Source: an uncultured Phycisphaerales bacterium
GTDB lineage: Bacteria; Planctomycetota; Phycisphaerae; Sedimentisphaerales; Anaerobacaceae
Length of the DNA: 64,000 bases
Assembly (NCBI GenBank): GCA_963718665.1
Contig: OY970359.1
Location: 1,120,001 to 1,184,000 of the forward strand
Direction of reading: 5' to 3'
Positions 40,134 to 49,161 of the stretch are shown here, one piece after another. Below the pieces are notes generated by a model. It saw nothing but the letters and a program-made list of their open reading frames with translations. It was not told the origin of the DNA and did no database searches. Numbering within the stretch: the first letter of the stretch is position 1; the number at the start of each line of letters is the position of its first letter. The translations under genes and the position numbers were made by a program.

Positions 40134-40553
40134 TCAGGACTGGTGAAAATATTGTTCCGGGTCGCGGGTCTTTTGGTGGGGCATCCAGTACGTCGGCGCA
40201 TCCGCCTCGAACTTTCTATCAAGGACGTCCCTGCCTAACAATCTGAAAACGAGCCCCACGGGCGTCAATATGAGAAAATAGAACGTCGCCATTAGCAGGA
40301 AGCTCATCACAAGGCCGATGGGCAGGGCAGCAAAGGTCAGGCCGAGATAGATTATTCGCCCGGCCCTGGCGGATACAAGAGTAACGAGGAATATAGACAA
40401 CCCTGCTGCGCCGGCCAGCACAGCCAAAATATCTGCGGCCCCGAACACAAAACGCAGGATAATGCCAGCGGCGCCGAGCACAACCACGGCTATCAGGCCG
40501 AACTGACGAAGCTCTCTTTTTTCGGGATTCCAGTTTATTTCAATCAGTGACAC
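40134..40553 (-). CDS. SxtJ-family membrane protein
   Basis: LRQFG...PIG.V.S.LL...YFLILTPVGL.FRL.GRD.L...TYW. Confidence 0.8.
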   Translation of the reverse strand: MSLIEINWNPEKRELRQFGLIAVVVLGAAGIILRFVFGAADILAVLAGAAGLSIFLVTLVSARAGRIIYLGLTFAALPIGLVMSFLLMATFYFLILTPVGLVFRLLGRDVLDRKFEADAPTYWMPHQKTRDPEQYFHQS

Positions 40554-40570
40554 AATGTTCGCCTTTCACG

Positions 40571-42406
40571 CTAATCCAGCTTAAATTGAGCCATATACTC
40601 ATCGACATGGTGCTGTTCAGCCTGTGGTTGTTCGTTTTTGAACAGCAACTGATTCTGCATTACCAGCACGTCCATATCTGTCGCCATAAAGCACCTATAG
40701 GCGTGCTCAGGAGAACAGACGATAGGCTCGCCCCGAATATTGAAACTCGTATTGATAATAACAGGACAACCCGTCTTTTCTTTGAATCGGCTTATCAGGC
40801 GATGAAGCTTGGGATGACGCTGACTGTCAACTGTCTGTATTCTGGCTGAGTAATCTACGTGCGTAATGGCCGGCACAACACTTCGTTTGGCTTTCAGCTT
40901 ATCAAGTCCCCGGAGCGAGTTGTTCGACACATTATCAGGCAGGCGTTTATCCTCTTTCACATCCGCCACCAGAAGCATATATGGGCTGTCTTCTTCCTGT
41001 CTCATCTTGAAATAATTGCTAACGTCTTCTCTCAGAATGCATGGGGCAAAAGGCCGAAATGACTCACGAAACTTGATTTTGAGGTTCATTTTGGACTGCA
41101 TCTGCTCGCTTCGAGCGTCCCCGATTATACTGCGATTGCCCAGGGCTCGCGGCCCGAATTCCATTCTGTCCTGAAACCATCCAATGACTTTGCCCTGGCT
41201 TATCAGGTCTGTGACTTTGTCAACCAACTGCTCAAAATCGCCATTAGTGTGGTATTTTGCGCCGATGGAATCCAGAAACTGCCGAATTTGCTTATCGCTA
41301 TAAGCGGGCCCGAGCAGAGAGCCCTTCTGCTCGTCCGTCGGCTCCGTTTTTCGCTGGTTTCCTAACAGCTGGAACCATACCAGCAACGCCGCTCCAATCG
41401 CTCCGCCGGCGTCGCCCGCAGCCGGCTGAATCCAGATGTGCTCGAAAGGCCCTTCTCGCAATATTTTGCCGTTGCCGACGCAGTTGAGCGCGACACCGCC
41501 GGCCAGGACAAGATTCTTCATTCCTGTCTGTTTATGCAAATGCCGCGCGGCACGCAGCATTACCTCTTCGCATACCATCTGTATCGAAGCGGCCATATCC
41601 ATCTCTCGTTGTGTCAAAGGCGATTCGGGTTTGCGGGCAGGCCCGCCAAAGAGCTTCTCAAATTTTCTGCCCGTCATCACTGTCTTGTGGCAGTATGGGA
41701 AATATGACATATTCAGCCGGAACGACCCGTCCTCTTTTATGTCTATCAACTCTTTCATTATGAGGTCGTAATACTTTGGCTCGCCGTATGGGGCAAGGCC
41801 CATTACCTTGTATTCACCAGAGTTGACCTTAAAGCCGGTGAAGTATGTAAAAGCCGAATAAAGCAGCCCAAGTGAGTGCGGAAATCGAATCTCATGTGTA
41901 AGTTCAATTTTATTGCCTTTTCCTATCCCATAGCTTGAAGTGGTCCACTCTCCGACACCGTCGAGCGTAAGAATCGCTGCCTCATCGAAGGGCGATGGAA
42001 AGAAAGCGCTGGCCGCATGTGCCTCGTGATGTTCGGTAAAGAGATACCGCCCTTTATATTTGTGCTTTAGTGCCTTATCCATTTCTCGCGGCAGGTGCAG
42101 TTTGTGCCGAAGCCAGCCCGGGATACCAATCAGAAACTGGCCAAATCCCTGTGGGGCATATGCGATATATGTTTCGAGCAGCCGCTCAAATTTCAGCAGC
42201 GGTTTCTCATAAAAAACGACATAATCGAGCAGTTCGGCATCGATACCACCTGTCTGCAGACAATAATCCACTGAATTTATCGGAAAGCTGTTGTCGTGTT
42301 TTTTTCTGGTGAATCGTTCCTCCTGTGCGGCGGCAATAATCTCACCGTCGCGCACAAGGGCGGCAGCACTATCGTGGTAAAATGCGGATATGCCTAATAT
42401 GTTCAT
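40571..42406 (-). CDS. O-carbamoyltransferase (NodU/CmcH/SxtI family)
   Basis: ILGISAFYHDSAA, QEERFTR.KHD, EHHEAHAASAF, GEYKVMGLAPYG, EFGPRALGNRS, KFRESFRPFAP, NTSFN.RGEP. Confidence 0.95.
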   Translation of the reverse strand: MNILGISAFYHDSAAALVRDGEIIAAAQEERFTRKKHDNSFPINSVDYCLQTGGIDAELLDYVVFYEKPLLKFERLLETYIAYAPQGFGQFLIGIPGWLRHKLHLPREMDKALKHKYKGRYLFTEHHEAHAASAFFPSPFDEAAILTLDGVGEWTTSSYGIGKGNKIELTHEIRFPHSLGLLYSAFTYFTGFKVNSGEYKVMGLAPYGEPKYYDLIMKELIDIKEDGSFRLNMSYFPYCHKTVMTGRKFEKLFGGPARKPESPLTQREMDMAASIQMVCEEVMLRAARHLHKQTGMKNLVLAGGVALNCVGNGKILREGPFEHIWIQPAAGDAGGAIGAALLVWFQLLGNQRKTEPTDEQKGSLLGPAYSDKQIRQFLDSIGAKYHTNGDFEQLVDKVTDLISQGKVIGWFQDRMEFGPRALGNRSIIGDARSEQMQSKMNLKIKFRESFRPFAPCILREDVSNYFKMRQEEDSPYMLLVADVKEDKRLPDNVSNNSLRGLDKLKAKRSVVPAITHVDYSARIQTVDSQRHPKLHRLISRFKEKTGCPVIINTSFNIRGEPIVCSPEHAYRCFMATDMDVLVMQNQLLFKNEQPQAEQHHVDEYMAQFKLD

Positions 42407-42681
42407 ATTATCCGTTCGAGTAAATTTTTGGCCGACTTTGCCCGATAATCATCAACATTTGAAACGACCAGCCAAAAAAGTGATTATACTAAATAACAAT
42501 CTTGTTAGAAACCCGATTTTCATCCCCAAAACCTTATATTTGACGGTCCAGTCACCCCTGTTAAATCCTTCCAAAAGGCCTTATTTATGCGGAATTTTTT
42601 GTTTAACCGGTCATAGTCAGGTGTCGATAGATAATTTGCTGTAAAAGAGAAGCGATTTTTTTAATAGTCGAGGGTTAAAAA

Positions 42682-43017
42682 ATGGGAATTCAGAACTGGT
42701 CAGAAAATATAATACTCGTTGATTTGCCTGCTGAACCGCTGATGGGCGATGAGCTGAAAACCATCACGGACATTACAAAAGACAGAGACGACTGCGACGT
42801 AGTGATGGATTTCTCCGCCGTTGACATCATAACATCATCGAGTTTGTCTAAGTTTTTGAAGCTGCGAAAAATGCTTATGGACGCGGGCCACGAGCTTGTC
42901 TTTTGTAACGTAGCACCTGCCACAAAAGGCATCTTTTCCGTGACAGGTCTTGAGGGCATCTTCAAGATAGCCGATGACAAGTTTGTAGCGCTGGCAAGTT
43001 TGCAATTAGTCAGATAA
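42682..43017 (+). CDS. STAS-domain protein (anti-sigma factor antagonist)
   Basis: VVMDFSAVDIITSSSL...L...IFSVTGL..IF. Confidence 0.85.
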   Translation: MGIQNWSENIILVDLPAEPLMGDELKTITDITKDRDDCDVVMDFSAVDIITSSSLSKFLKLRKMLMDAGHELVFCNVAPATKGIFSVTGLEGIFKIADDKFVALASLQLVR

Positions 43018-43061
43018 TTGAACGACGTAAAATACCGCGTGTTTTAATTGTGCTGCCGGTC

Positions 43062-44228
43062 TCAGATTTTTCCCCGGAGTGATGAAACAGAGCCGCAAAT
43101 TCGGTCTATCGCATAATTGATTTCATTTTCCGTTGTAAAGCGTCCCATGCTAAACCTGACTGCGCCGGCTGCTAAATCCTCACTTACGCTCATTGCTCGA
43201 AGGACGTAATTCGAGCCGGAAGTCCCGGATTCACAGGCCGAGCTGGCCGAGGCGGCAACATCCGGAGTTTTACCGAGTAAAGAAACAGCATCGACACCTT
43301 TAAACGAGATATTCGCGGTGTTGGGCAGGCGTTGTTCGGGATGTCCGTTTATCTGTATATCGGGAATAGCTTTTCTCAGGCCGTTTTCCAGTTTGTCCCG
43401 CAGCGAGGAAGACGCCGATGGTTTATCGCCCAGTTCCTCTTCGCACAATTCACAGGCCCTGCCCAGTCCGACAATTCCGGGGACGTTGAGTGTTCCGCTG
43501 CGGAGGAAATGTTCCTGTCCGCCGCCGTCGATTTGGGCAGCTAAGCGGACGTTGGGACTTTTGCCGCGCACATAAAGAGCGCCGACACCTTTGGGACCAT
43601 AAATTTTGTGCGCTGAAAACGCCAGCAAATCGGCGTTTATCCTATTCACATTCACCGCGAGCTTTCCAACTGCCTGGGTGGCGTCGCAGAAAAAGATTAT
43701 TCCGTGTTTTTTGCAGATTGCACCGATTTCGTCCGCGGGGTTAATCGTTCCGACGACGTTATTGGCGAGCATAACACAGACAAGTATGGTTTTTTTTGTA
43801 ATCGCTTCGGCCACTTGCTCCTGCGAAATACGACCAAAGGAATCGGGACGAAGCACAGTCAGCGAGAAACCCCGCTGTTCGAGCCGTTTGCAGGGTTCGA
43901 GGACGGCTTTGTGTTCGATGGCGGAAACAATAATATGATTGCCCCTTTCGCGATACGCCTCGGCTGCGCCTTTAATCGCGAGATTACAGCCCTCCGTTGC
44001 GCCGGACGTGAAAATAATTTCCCTGGCGGAGGCGCCGATGAGTTTGGCCGTCTGATTACGGGCGGCCTCAACCATATCCAGCGCCTGGCGTCCAAGCGAA
44101 TGGCTTTCGCTGGAAGGATTCCCGAACGCAGAAGTCAGGGCAGGCATCATACTTTCCAGCACGCGCTTATCCAAAGGCGTCGTCGCGTTGTAATCGAGAT
44201 ATATTGGCTTATTTATTTTGGCTTCCAT
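43062..44228 (-). CDS. iscS: Cysteine desulfurase (IscS/NifS class I)
   Basis: IYLDYNATTP, FGNPSS, FTSGATE, IEHKAV, DATQAVGK, SAHKIYGPKG, RSGTLNV, SSAC. Confidence 0.9.
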   Translation of the reverse strand: MEAKINKPIYLDYNATTPLDKRVLESMMPALTSAFGNPSSESHSLGRQALDMVEAARNQTAKLIGASAREIIFTSGATEGCNLAIKGAAEAYRERGNHIIVSAIEHKAVLEPCKRLEQRGFSLTVLRPDSFGRISQEQVAEAITKKTILVCVMLANNVVGTINPADEIGAICKKHGIIFFCDATQAVGKLAVNVNRINADLLAFSAHKIYGPKGVGALYVRGKSPNVRLAAQIDGGGQEHFLRSGTLNVPGIVGLGRACELCEEELGDKPSASSSLRDKLENGLRKAIPDIQINGHPEQRLPNTANISFKGVDAVSLLGKTPDVAASASSACESGTSGSNYVLRAMSVSEDLAAGAVRFSMGRFTTENEINYAIDRICGSVSSLRGKI

Positions 44229-44236
44229 CGAGAGTC

Positions 44237-45013
44237 CTATGGCTCAAGAAATTCAAAATTTCTGTGAATACAGCAGGGGCAATCGGCGTTCTTAGTGAGT
44301 TTCGAGACGTCAATCTGTTTGGCGACGTTGTTCCAGATGTCAAAAACAAACAGGCATTGCCCTGCTTTGTCCGAGTTGCCGGAAAGAATTTTTAATGCCT
44401 CCGACGCCTCAACCGCAGCCACCATTGCTACCGCCGGTCCAAGTACGCCGGCCTGTCGGCAGGTCTGACCATCGCAGGCGGGAGGCGAATCGAGCAGACA
44501 TCGCAGGCATGGAGTTTTGCCGGGGATTATAGCCATCACCTGCGATTCTGTGCCGAGGACGCCGGCGAACACCCACGGTTTGGATTTTTTTATCGCGCAG
44601 TCGTTGAGAATGAACCTTGCGGGAAAATTATCCGTGCCGTCGATAATCAAATCGACGTTATTGGTCAGCCGGTCAGCGGTCAGCCGGTCGATTCGAGCAA
44701 AGACCGTCTCAATCTCGCAATTGCTGTTAATTTCCCGCAAGTGATTTGCCGCGGCGTTTATTTTGAGAGTGCGCTGGTTTGCGTCTCTTTCAGTGAAAAG
44801 CGACTGCCTATGAATATTGGTCAGCTCAACATAATCATCGTCAACCAGCCGGAGACGCCCGACGCCTGCGCGAACGAGCAGTTCCGCGACCCACGAACCA
44901 AGACCACCGACGCCGACAATGAGGGCGCTGCTGTCGGCGAGTCGACGCTGGCCTTGCTCGCCGAAGGGCTTGAAGATAATTTGCCTTGCGTACCGTAAGA
45001 GGTCCTGATTCAT
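44237..45013 (-). CDS. ThiF/MoeB-family adenylyltransferase
   Basis: RYARQ, VGVGGLG, TNIHRQ, DGTDNF..R, PCLRC, TC...GV, CPCC. Confidence 0.9.
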   Translation of the reverse strand: MNQDLLRYARQIIFKPFGEQGQRRLADSSALIVGVGGLGSWVAELLVRAGVGRLRLVDDDYVELTNIHRQSLFTERDANQRTLKINAAANHLREINSNCEIETVFARIDRLTADRLTNNVDLIIDGTDNFPARFILNDCAIKKSKPWVFAGVLGTESQVMAIIPGKTPCLRCLLDSPPACDGQTCRQAGVLGPAVAMVAAVEASEALKILSGNSDKAGQCLFVFDIWNNVAKQIDVSKLTKNADCPCCIHRNFEFLEP

Positions 45014-45014
45014 T

Positions 45015-46103
45015 TTATAGTGAGCTTGTCGAACTATTGCGTTTTTCTTTTATCCACCCGCCTCCAAGAAGACAATCCCCGGAGTAAACCACAGCCGCCT
45101 GGCCGGGAGTAACCGCCTCCAGAGGTTTTCCAAAGTGAACCTCGAAGGTGTCTTTGCCGGTAATAATAACCTTTGCCGGGGCGCCGCGATGATTATAGCG
45201 GATTTTTACCGCCGCGTCGAATGAGACAGGCACATCAATCTGCCAGTTTGCACCGTCGGCGATCAAACCGCCTGCCAACAGGTCATTTTTTTCACCGATG
45301 GTTACGTCGGCTGTTTGCGGATTTATATCGGTAACATATACCGGATGCCCCGCCGCGACACCGGTGCCGCGGCGCTGGCCGATAGTGAACCTGCCGTAGC
45401 CATCGTGCTTGCCGACGATTTTGCCGGATGTATCTATGATATTTCCCGCCCGAAGCGCCGAGCTATTGTGCTTTTCAAGCAATTTCGCGTAGTCGCCATC
45501 CGGGACAAAACAAATATCCTGGCTGTCAGGTTTGTCGTGGACTTCCAGCTCCAGCTCTTTGGCAATATCCCTTACGGCCTGCTTGTTTTTCAGCTCGCCG
45601 AGGGGGAAAATAATCCTGTCTAATTTTTCGCGAGGTATGCTGAATAAAACGTATGACTGGTCCTTGCCCGGCGCGAGAGCTGGTGCGATAGCCGGGCATC
45701 CATTATGATTCACAATTCTCGCATAGTGCCCTGTCGCCACGTATTGCACGCCTAAGGAGTCCGCCAGCTCGAAGAGTTTCCCGAACTTTATTTTTTCATT
45801 GCACCGGACACAGGGATTTGGTGTTCGGCCATTTTCGTAATCGTCGATAAAGCTTTTGATTATGACTTCAAAATCTTTTGTAGCAGACAGGGAAATGAAC
45901 TTCACGCCGAGCTTTGCGGCAATTCGCCTGGCGTCGGCGGCATCCTGGGGAGTGCAGCAGGAGCGTGAGTTGCTTTCGGCAGCGCGTTCCATTTGTAAAC
46001 AAAGGAATACGGCTGTAACGTCGAACCCGTCTTTAAGCAGCAATGTTGCGGCAACCGCTGAATCAACACCACCGCTAACAGCCACCAGCACTTTTTTTTG
46101 CAT
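45015..46103 (-). CDS. mnmA: tRNA 2-thiouridine(34) synthase
   Basis: SGGVDS, RSCC, TPNPCVRCN, ATGHYA, KDQSY, KPDSQDICF, TIGQRRG, TPGQAAV. Confidence 0.95.
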   Translation of the reverse strand: MQKKVLVAVSGGVDSAVAATLLLKDGFDVTAVFLCLQMERAAESNSRSCCTPQDAADARRIAAKLGVKFISLSATKDFEVIIKSFIDDYENGRTPNPCVRCNEKIKFGKLFELADSLGVQYVATGHYARIVNHNGCPAIAPALAPGKDQSYVLFSIPREKLDRIIFPLGELKNKQAVRDIAKELELEVHDKPDSQDICFVPDGDYAKLLEKHNSSALRAGNIIDTSGKIVGKHDGYGRFTIGQRRGTGVAAGHPVYVTDINPQTADVTIGEKNDLLAGGLIADGANWQIDVPVSFDAAVKIRYNHRGAPAKVIITGKDTFEVHFGKPLEAVTPGQAAVVYSGDCLLGGGWIKEKRNSSTSSL

Positions 46104-46337
46104 ATCAGCACTTTGTATCCAGTCGAACAACAGGTCGCGCGGGGATGACCCGCTAATGTCGGGCCTGTTTTACAATGATTTTAGCTTACGCGGGCCGGTT
46201 TTCGAGGATTTTCTGGGTTATCCCGCAGGCAAGGGGCGATGATATGCGCAAAAAAAAGACAACCTGAAACCCCGAAAAGGCGGGAATACCGGTTGTCAAT
46301 CAACTCGGCCTTGGCCGAGGCGAATTACATCAGCAAG

Positions 46338-46700
46338 TCAGGCGGAGGAATCTTTTTCTTTGCCTTTGCTTGTTTTCCACCAATCGGGTTTGGCCGGCTC
46401 CTGCACGCCCTGCTCCCACCGCTCGCCCTGTTTGTCAAACTGGACCTTGTCAGCCTTTATATTCAGCACCTTGACGTCGTGAATCATATCCCCCTTGTGA
46501 AGCGTCCGGGCTTCAATAATAACGATTGGGGAATCCTCACAATACAGGATAGCGGTTACGACGCCGAACCTTGGCTCGGGACGTCCGGCCACCACCTCTT
46601 TTTTGCCGTCTTTCGACGCCTGCGTGGCGACTTTCCAGCCGAGCATTCCACAGACGGCGATTGCCGCCAACACAAGCCATTTTAATGTACTTTTGTCCAT
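46338..46700 (-). CDS. Hypothetical membrane-anchored protein (GspB/PilP-like short beta domain)
   Basis: N-terminal TM; VTAILY....IVIIE.R.LHKGD.I.DVKVL.I..DKV.F. Confidence 0.55.
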   Translation of the reverse strand: MDKSTLKWLVLAAIAVCGMLGWKVATQASKDGKKEVVAGRPEPRFGVVTAILYCEDSPIVIIEARTLHKGDMIHDVKVLNIKADKVQFDKQGERWEQGVQEPAKPDWWKTSKGKEKDSSA

Positions 46701-46986
46701 AAGATTCAGGCAGACCCTCAAGGCCTGTGCCTCTCCTATAAAATTCCGCCTCCAAACACACCGCTATTAACCCATCGGCATTGTTTATCTCTCGCCCTTA
46801 AAATTCGTTTTCAGACGTAAGTTTTATTTGTACCCAAGTTTTCAACGTCCGAAAAAACTATCTCTGAAAGAGTACAAATTCAGCGAGATCCCTCCAACTT
46901 ATAATATACAACTCGTCCGCCCAAGCGCTGAAGACGAGAGGTAAATAATGTGTAAAATTTGGTTTCGGGCGTTTCGGCGTGCGAAA

Positions 46987-47634
46987 TCAGCCGGCGTGAC
47001 GTGTAGCCGATTCGGCCTGTTCCTGGTTTTCGGGCGAGGCGAAGGGGGTTTCCGCGGCATTCTGGGGTTGGTCGGCAGTCCCGCTGCGGCCCGGGTTATT
47101 GGTTGTTTCTGGGTCCCCCGCAGCGCCTCCGCCGGGACGAGTCCGGCCGGCCAATTCCGCCATCGCCTCGCAGCGGATAATCTTGCCGTAGAACCCACCC
47201 TCGTCCAGAGTGTAAACCTTCAGGGCGGTGCTGGCAATCGCCCAAAGCTCGCCCCTGCGGCCAAGCTCGGTGAAACACAGGCGGCGCATTTCGATATCCC
47301 TCTGGTCAGGCGAATTGGTTTGCTCAACGACGCCTGTTAAAAAGTTTCTGGCTAAAAGCTCCATCCCGCCGGAAAGGTCTCTTTGACGCGGTTTGATTTC
47401 ACTAACCGCAGGTCTTTCGGGGGAAGTATTTCCTGTTGCACGCGGTTTCGGCGGAGCGATGATGGTCTCAATTGTTTCGTCGTGTGTCTGTCGCTCAATG
47501 CGTTTGACGCGGGATTTGACCAAGATGTAGATGCCCACACCGGCGGCCAGCATTACCATCATCAGCAGTTGAATCCAAAACGTCCCCTCGTCCTCAACCG
47601 CCCCCATAACAATAACGGCAAGAAGCAATCTCAC
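46987..47634 (-). CDS. Hypothetical membrane protein, paralog of 47660-48058
   Basis: TM helix then shared domain R.L.GGM.LL...MRRL.F.E..RR...YGK.I.C.AM.EL. Confidence 0.75.
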   Translation of the reverse strand: MRLLLAVIVMGAVEDEGTFWIQLLMMVMLAAGVGIYILVKSRVKRIERQTHDETIETIIAPPKPRATGNTSPERPAVSEIKPRQRDLSGGMELLARNFLTGVVEQTNSPDQRDIEMRRLCFTELGRRGELWAIASTALKVYTLDEGGFYGKIIRCEAMAELAGRTRPGGGAAGDPETTNNPGRSGTADQPQNAAETPFASPENQEQAESATRHAG

Positions 47635-47659
47635 AATACCTCACACGTCGAAAAGCCGA

Positions 47660-48058
47660 TTAGCTTTTTTGTTCGGTTCTGCGGGTAAGCTCTTTCATCG
47701 CCGCGCACTGAATGTCTTTGCCGTAGAGATCTTTTTCATCGACAGCGTAAACACTCAGCGAGGAGCTGTCAATTTCGCTTTGCTGATTGCGGCGGAGCAC
47801 CTCGTTGAAGCTGAGCCGGCGCATCGCGACGTCGTTTTTGTCTTCGCCGTCGGTGTTTTCGATTACTCCCAGCAGGAAGTCCATTTCGAGCAAATCCATA
47901 CCGCCCGCCAGGTTCCGTGCGTTCCTTGTCTTTTTTTCCATCGTCACTTCTCCTGTGGTTTCTTCCGCCTGGCCCAGTTCGACAATCCTTGTCCCTGTGC
48001 TTTTGCGGACTTCAAATTTTCTGTCTCCGATACCAAACGCCATCGTCGTATCCTCCAT
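47660..48058 (-). CDS. Hypothetical soluble protein, paralog of 46987-47634
   Basis: Same ~85-aa domain without a TM helix. Confidence 0.75.
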   Translation of the reverse strand: MEDTTMAFGIGDRKFEVRKSTGTRIVELGQAEETTGEVTMEKKTRNARNLAGGMDLLEMDFLLGVIENTDGEDKNDVAMRRLSFNEVLRRNQQSEIDSSSLSVYAVDEKDLYGKDIQCAAMKELTRRTEQKS

Positions 48059-48195
48059 TACACTGACTTTAATAATGACTACACTGGTTTTCTACACCCG
48101 GATTATACACCTGCGCCGGCAATCATACCAAACAAAATTCCAAATCTGCCGGTTTCTGGCGGGATCATTTGCGTTGAGGAAAGAATTCTGGTATC

Positions 48196-49161
48196 TTGAC
48201 GACAATGGATGCGTTGGAACTAAATGGTGTGTGCAAAACGTTCGGGCAGGTTCGCGCGGTCGATAATCTGACGGCGAAGATTCCTGCCGGGAGCATTTAT
48301 GGTTTTCTTGGGCCTAACGGCGCGGGCAAGACCACGACTTTGCGGATGATTATGAACATTATCCGCCCGGACGCAGGCAGCATAAGCGTATTCGGCAACA
48401 ATTTGACCGAACAGGCCAAGAGTCATATCGGTTATATGCCCGAAGAAAGAGGCCTTTATCGAAAGATGACGGTCCGCGGGATACTCGCCTTCTTCGGCGC
48501 TCTCAAGGGATTGACTTCGAGCGAACTGGCCGGCGTTGTTCCCTCGTGGCTGAAACGAATAGAATTGAGCGACCGGGCGAACAAAAAAGTCGAGGACCTC
48601 TCGCGGGGTATGCATCAAAAGCTGCAATTCGCGGCGACGATAATCAATGAGCCGGATTTGCTGATACTCGACGAGCCGTTTTCAGGGCTTGACCCGCTGA
48701 ACCTGGATTTGATCAAGGGCATTATCCTTGATATGAAAGATAAAGGCAAAACCGTCATTTTTTCCACTCACGATATGCACGGGGCGGAGACGCTTTGTGA
48801 TTATATTCTGCTCATAAACAAGGGCAAAATTATACTCGACGGCAAGCTGGGCGATATCCGTTCGCAAAAGACGTCCAACGCGGTTATTGTCGAGGTTGAG
48901 GGAGACCCGGCTTCGCCTGTACAGCATCCCTTAGGGGAGAAGGGCTTCGCCGAGGCGAGTACAAGCTTTTTAAAAACACTTCCAATGGTAACGAATATCA
49001 TGCAGCAAAAAGATACGCTGGAAATCACTCTTGAGAAAGGGACCGACCCGCAGGAGCTGCTCAAGGCGATTGTGGGGAAGGTGCGCGTGCGGAAGTTCGA
49101 GGTGAAGATGCCTTCGCTGCACGAGATTTTTGTTACGCTTGTCGGAGCAAGCAATGCGTAA
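48196..49161 (+). CDS. ABC transporter ATP-binding subunit (NatA/YhaQ-like, C-terminal DUF4162-like)
   Basis: GPNGAGKTT, YMPEERGLY, LSRGM.QK, LILDEPFSGLDP, PSLHEIF. Confidence 0.92.
   Translation: MTTMDALELNGVCKTFGQVRAVDNLTAKIPAGSIYGFLGPNGAGKTTTLRMIMNIIRPDAGSISVFGNNLTEQAKSHIGYMPEERGLYRKMTVRGILAFFGALKGLTSSELAGVVPSWLKRIELSDRANKKVEDLSRGMHQKLQFAATIINEPDLLILDEPFSGLDPLNLDLIKGIILDMKDKGKTVIFSTHDMHGAETLCDYILLINKGKIILDGKLGDIRSQKTSNAVIVEVEGDPASPVQHPLGEKGFAEASTSFLKTLPMVTNIMQQKDTLEITLEKGTDPQELLKAIVGKVRVRKFEVKMPSLHEIFVTLVGASNA

Noticed and set aside
39910..42406. Saxitoxin biosynthesis
   Set aside because: Only sxtI/J/K-like genes are present; no sxtA, sxtG or other core genes in the window.
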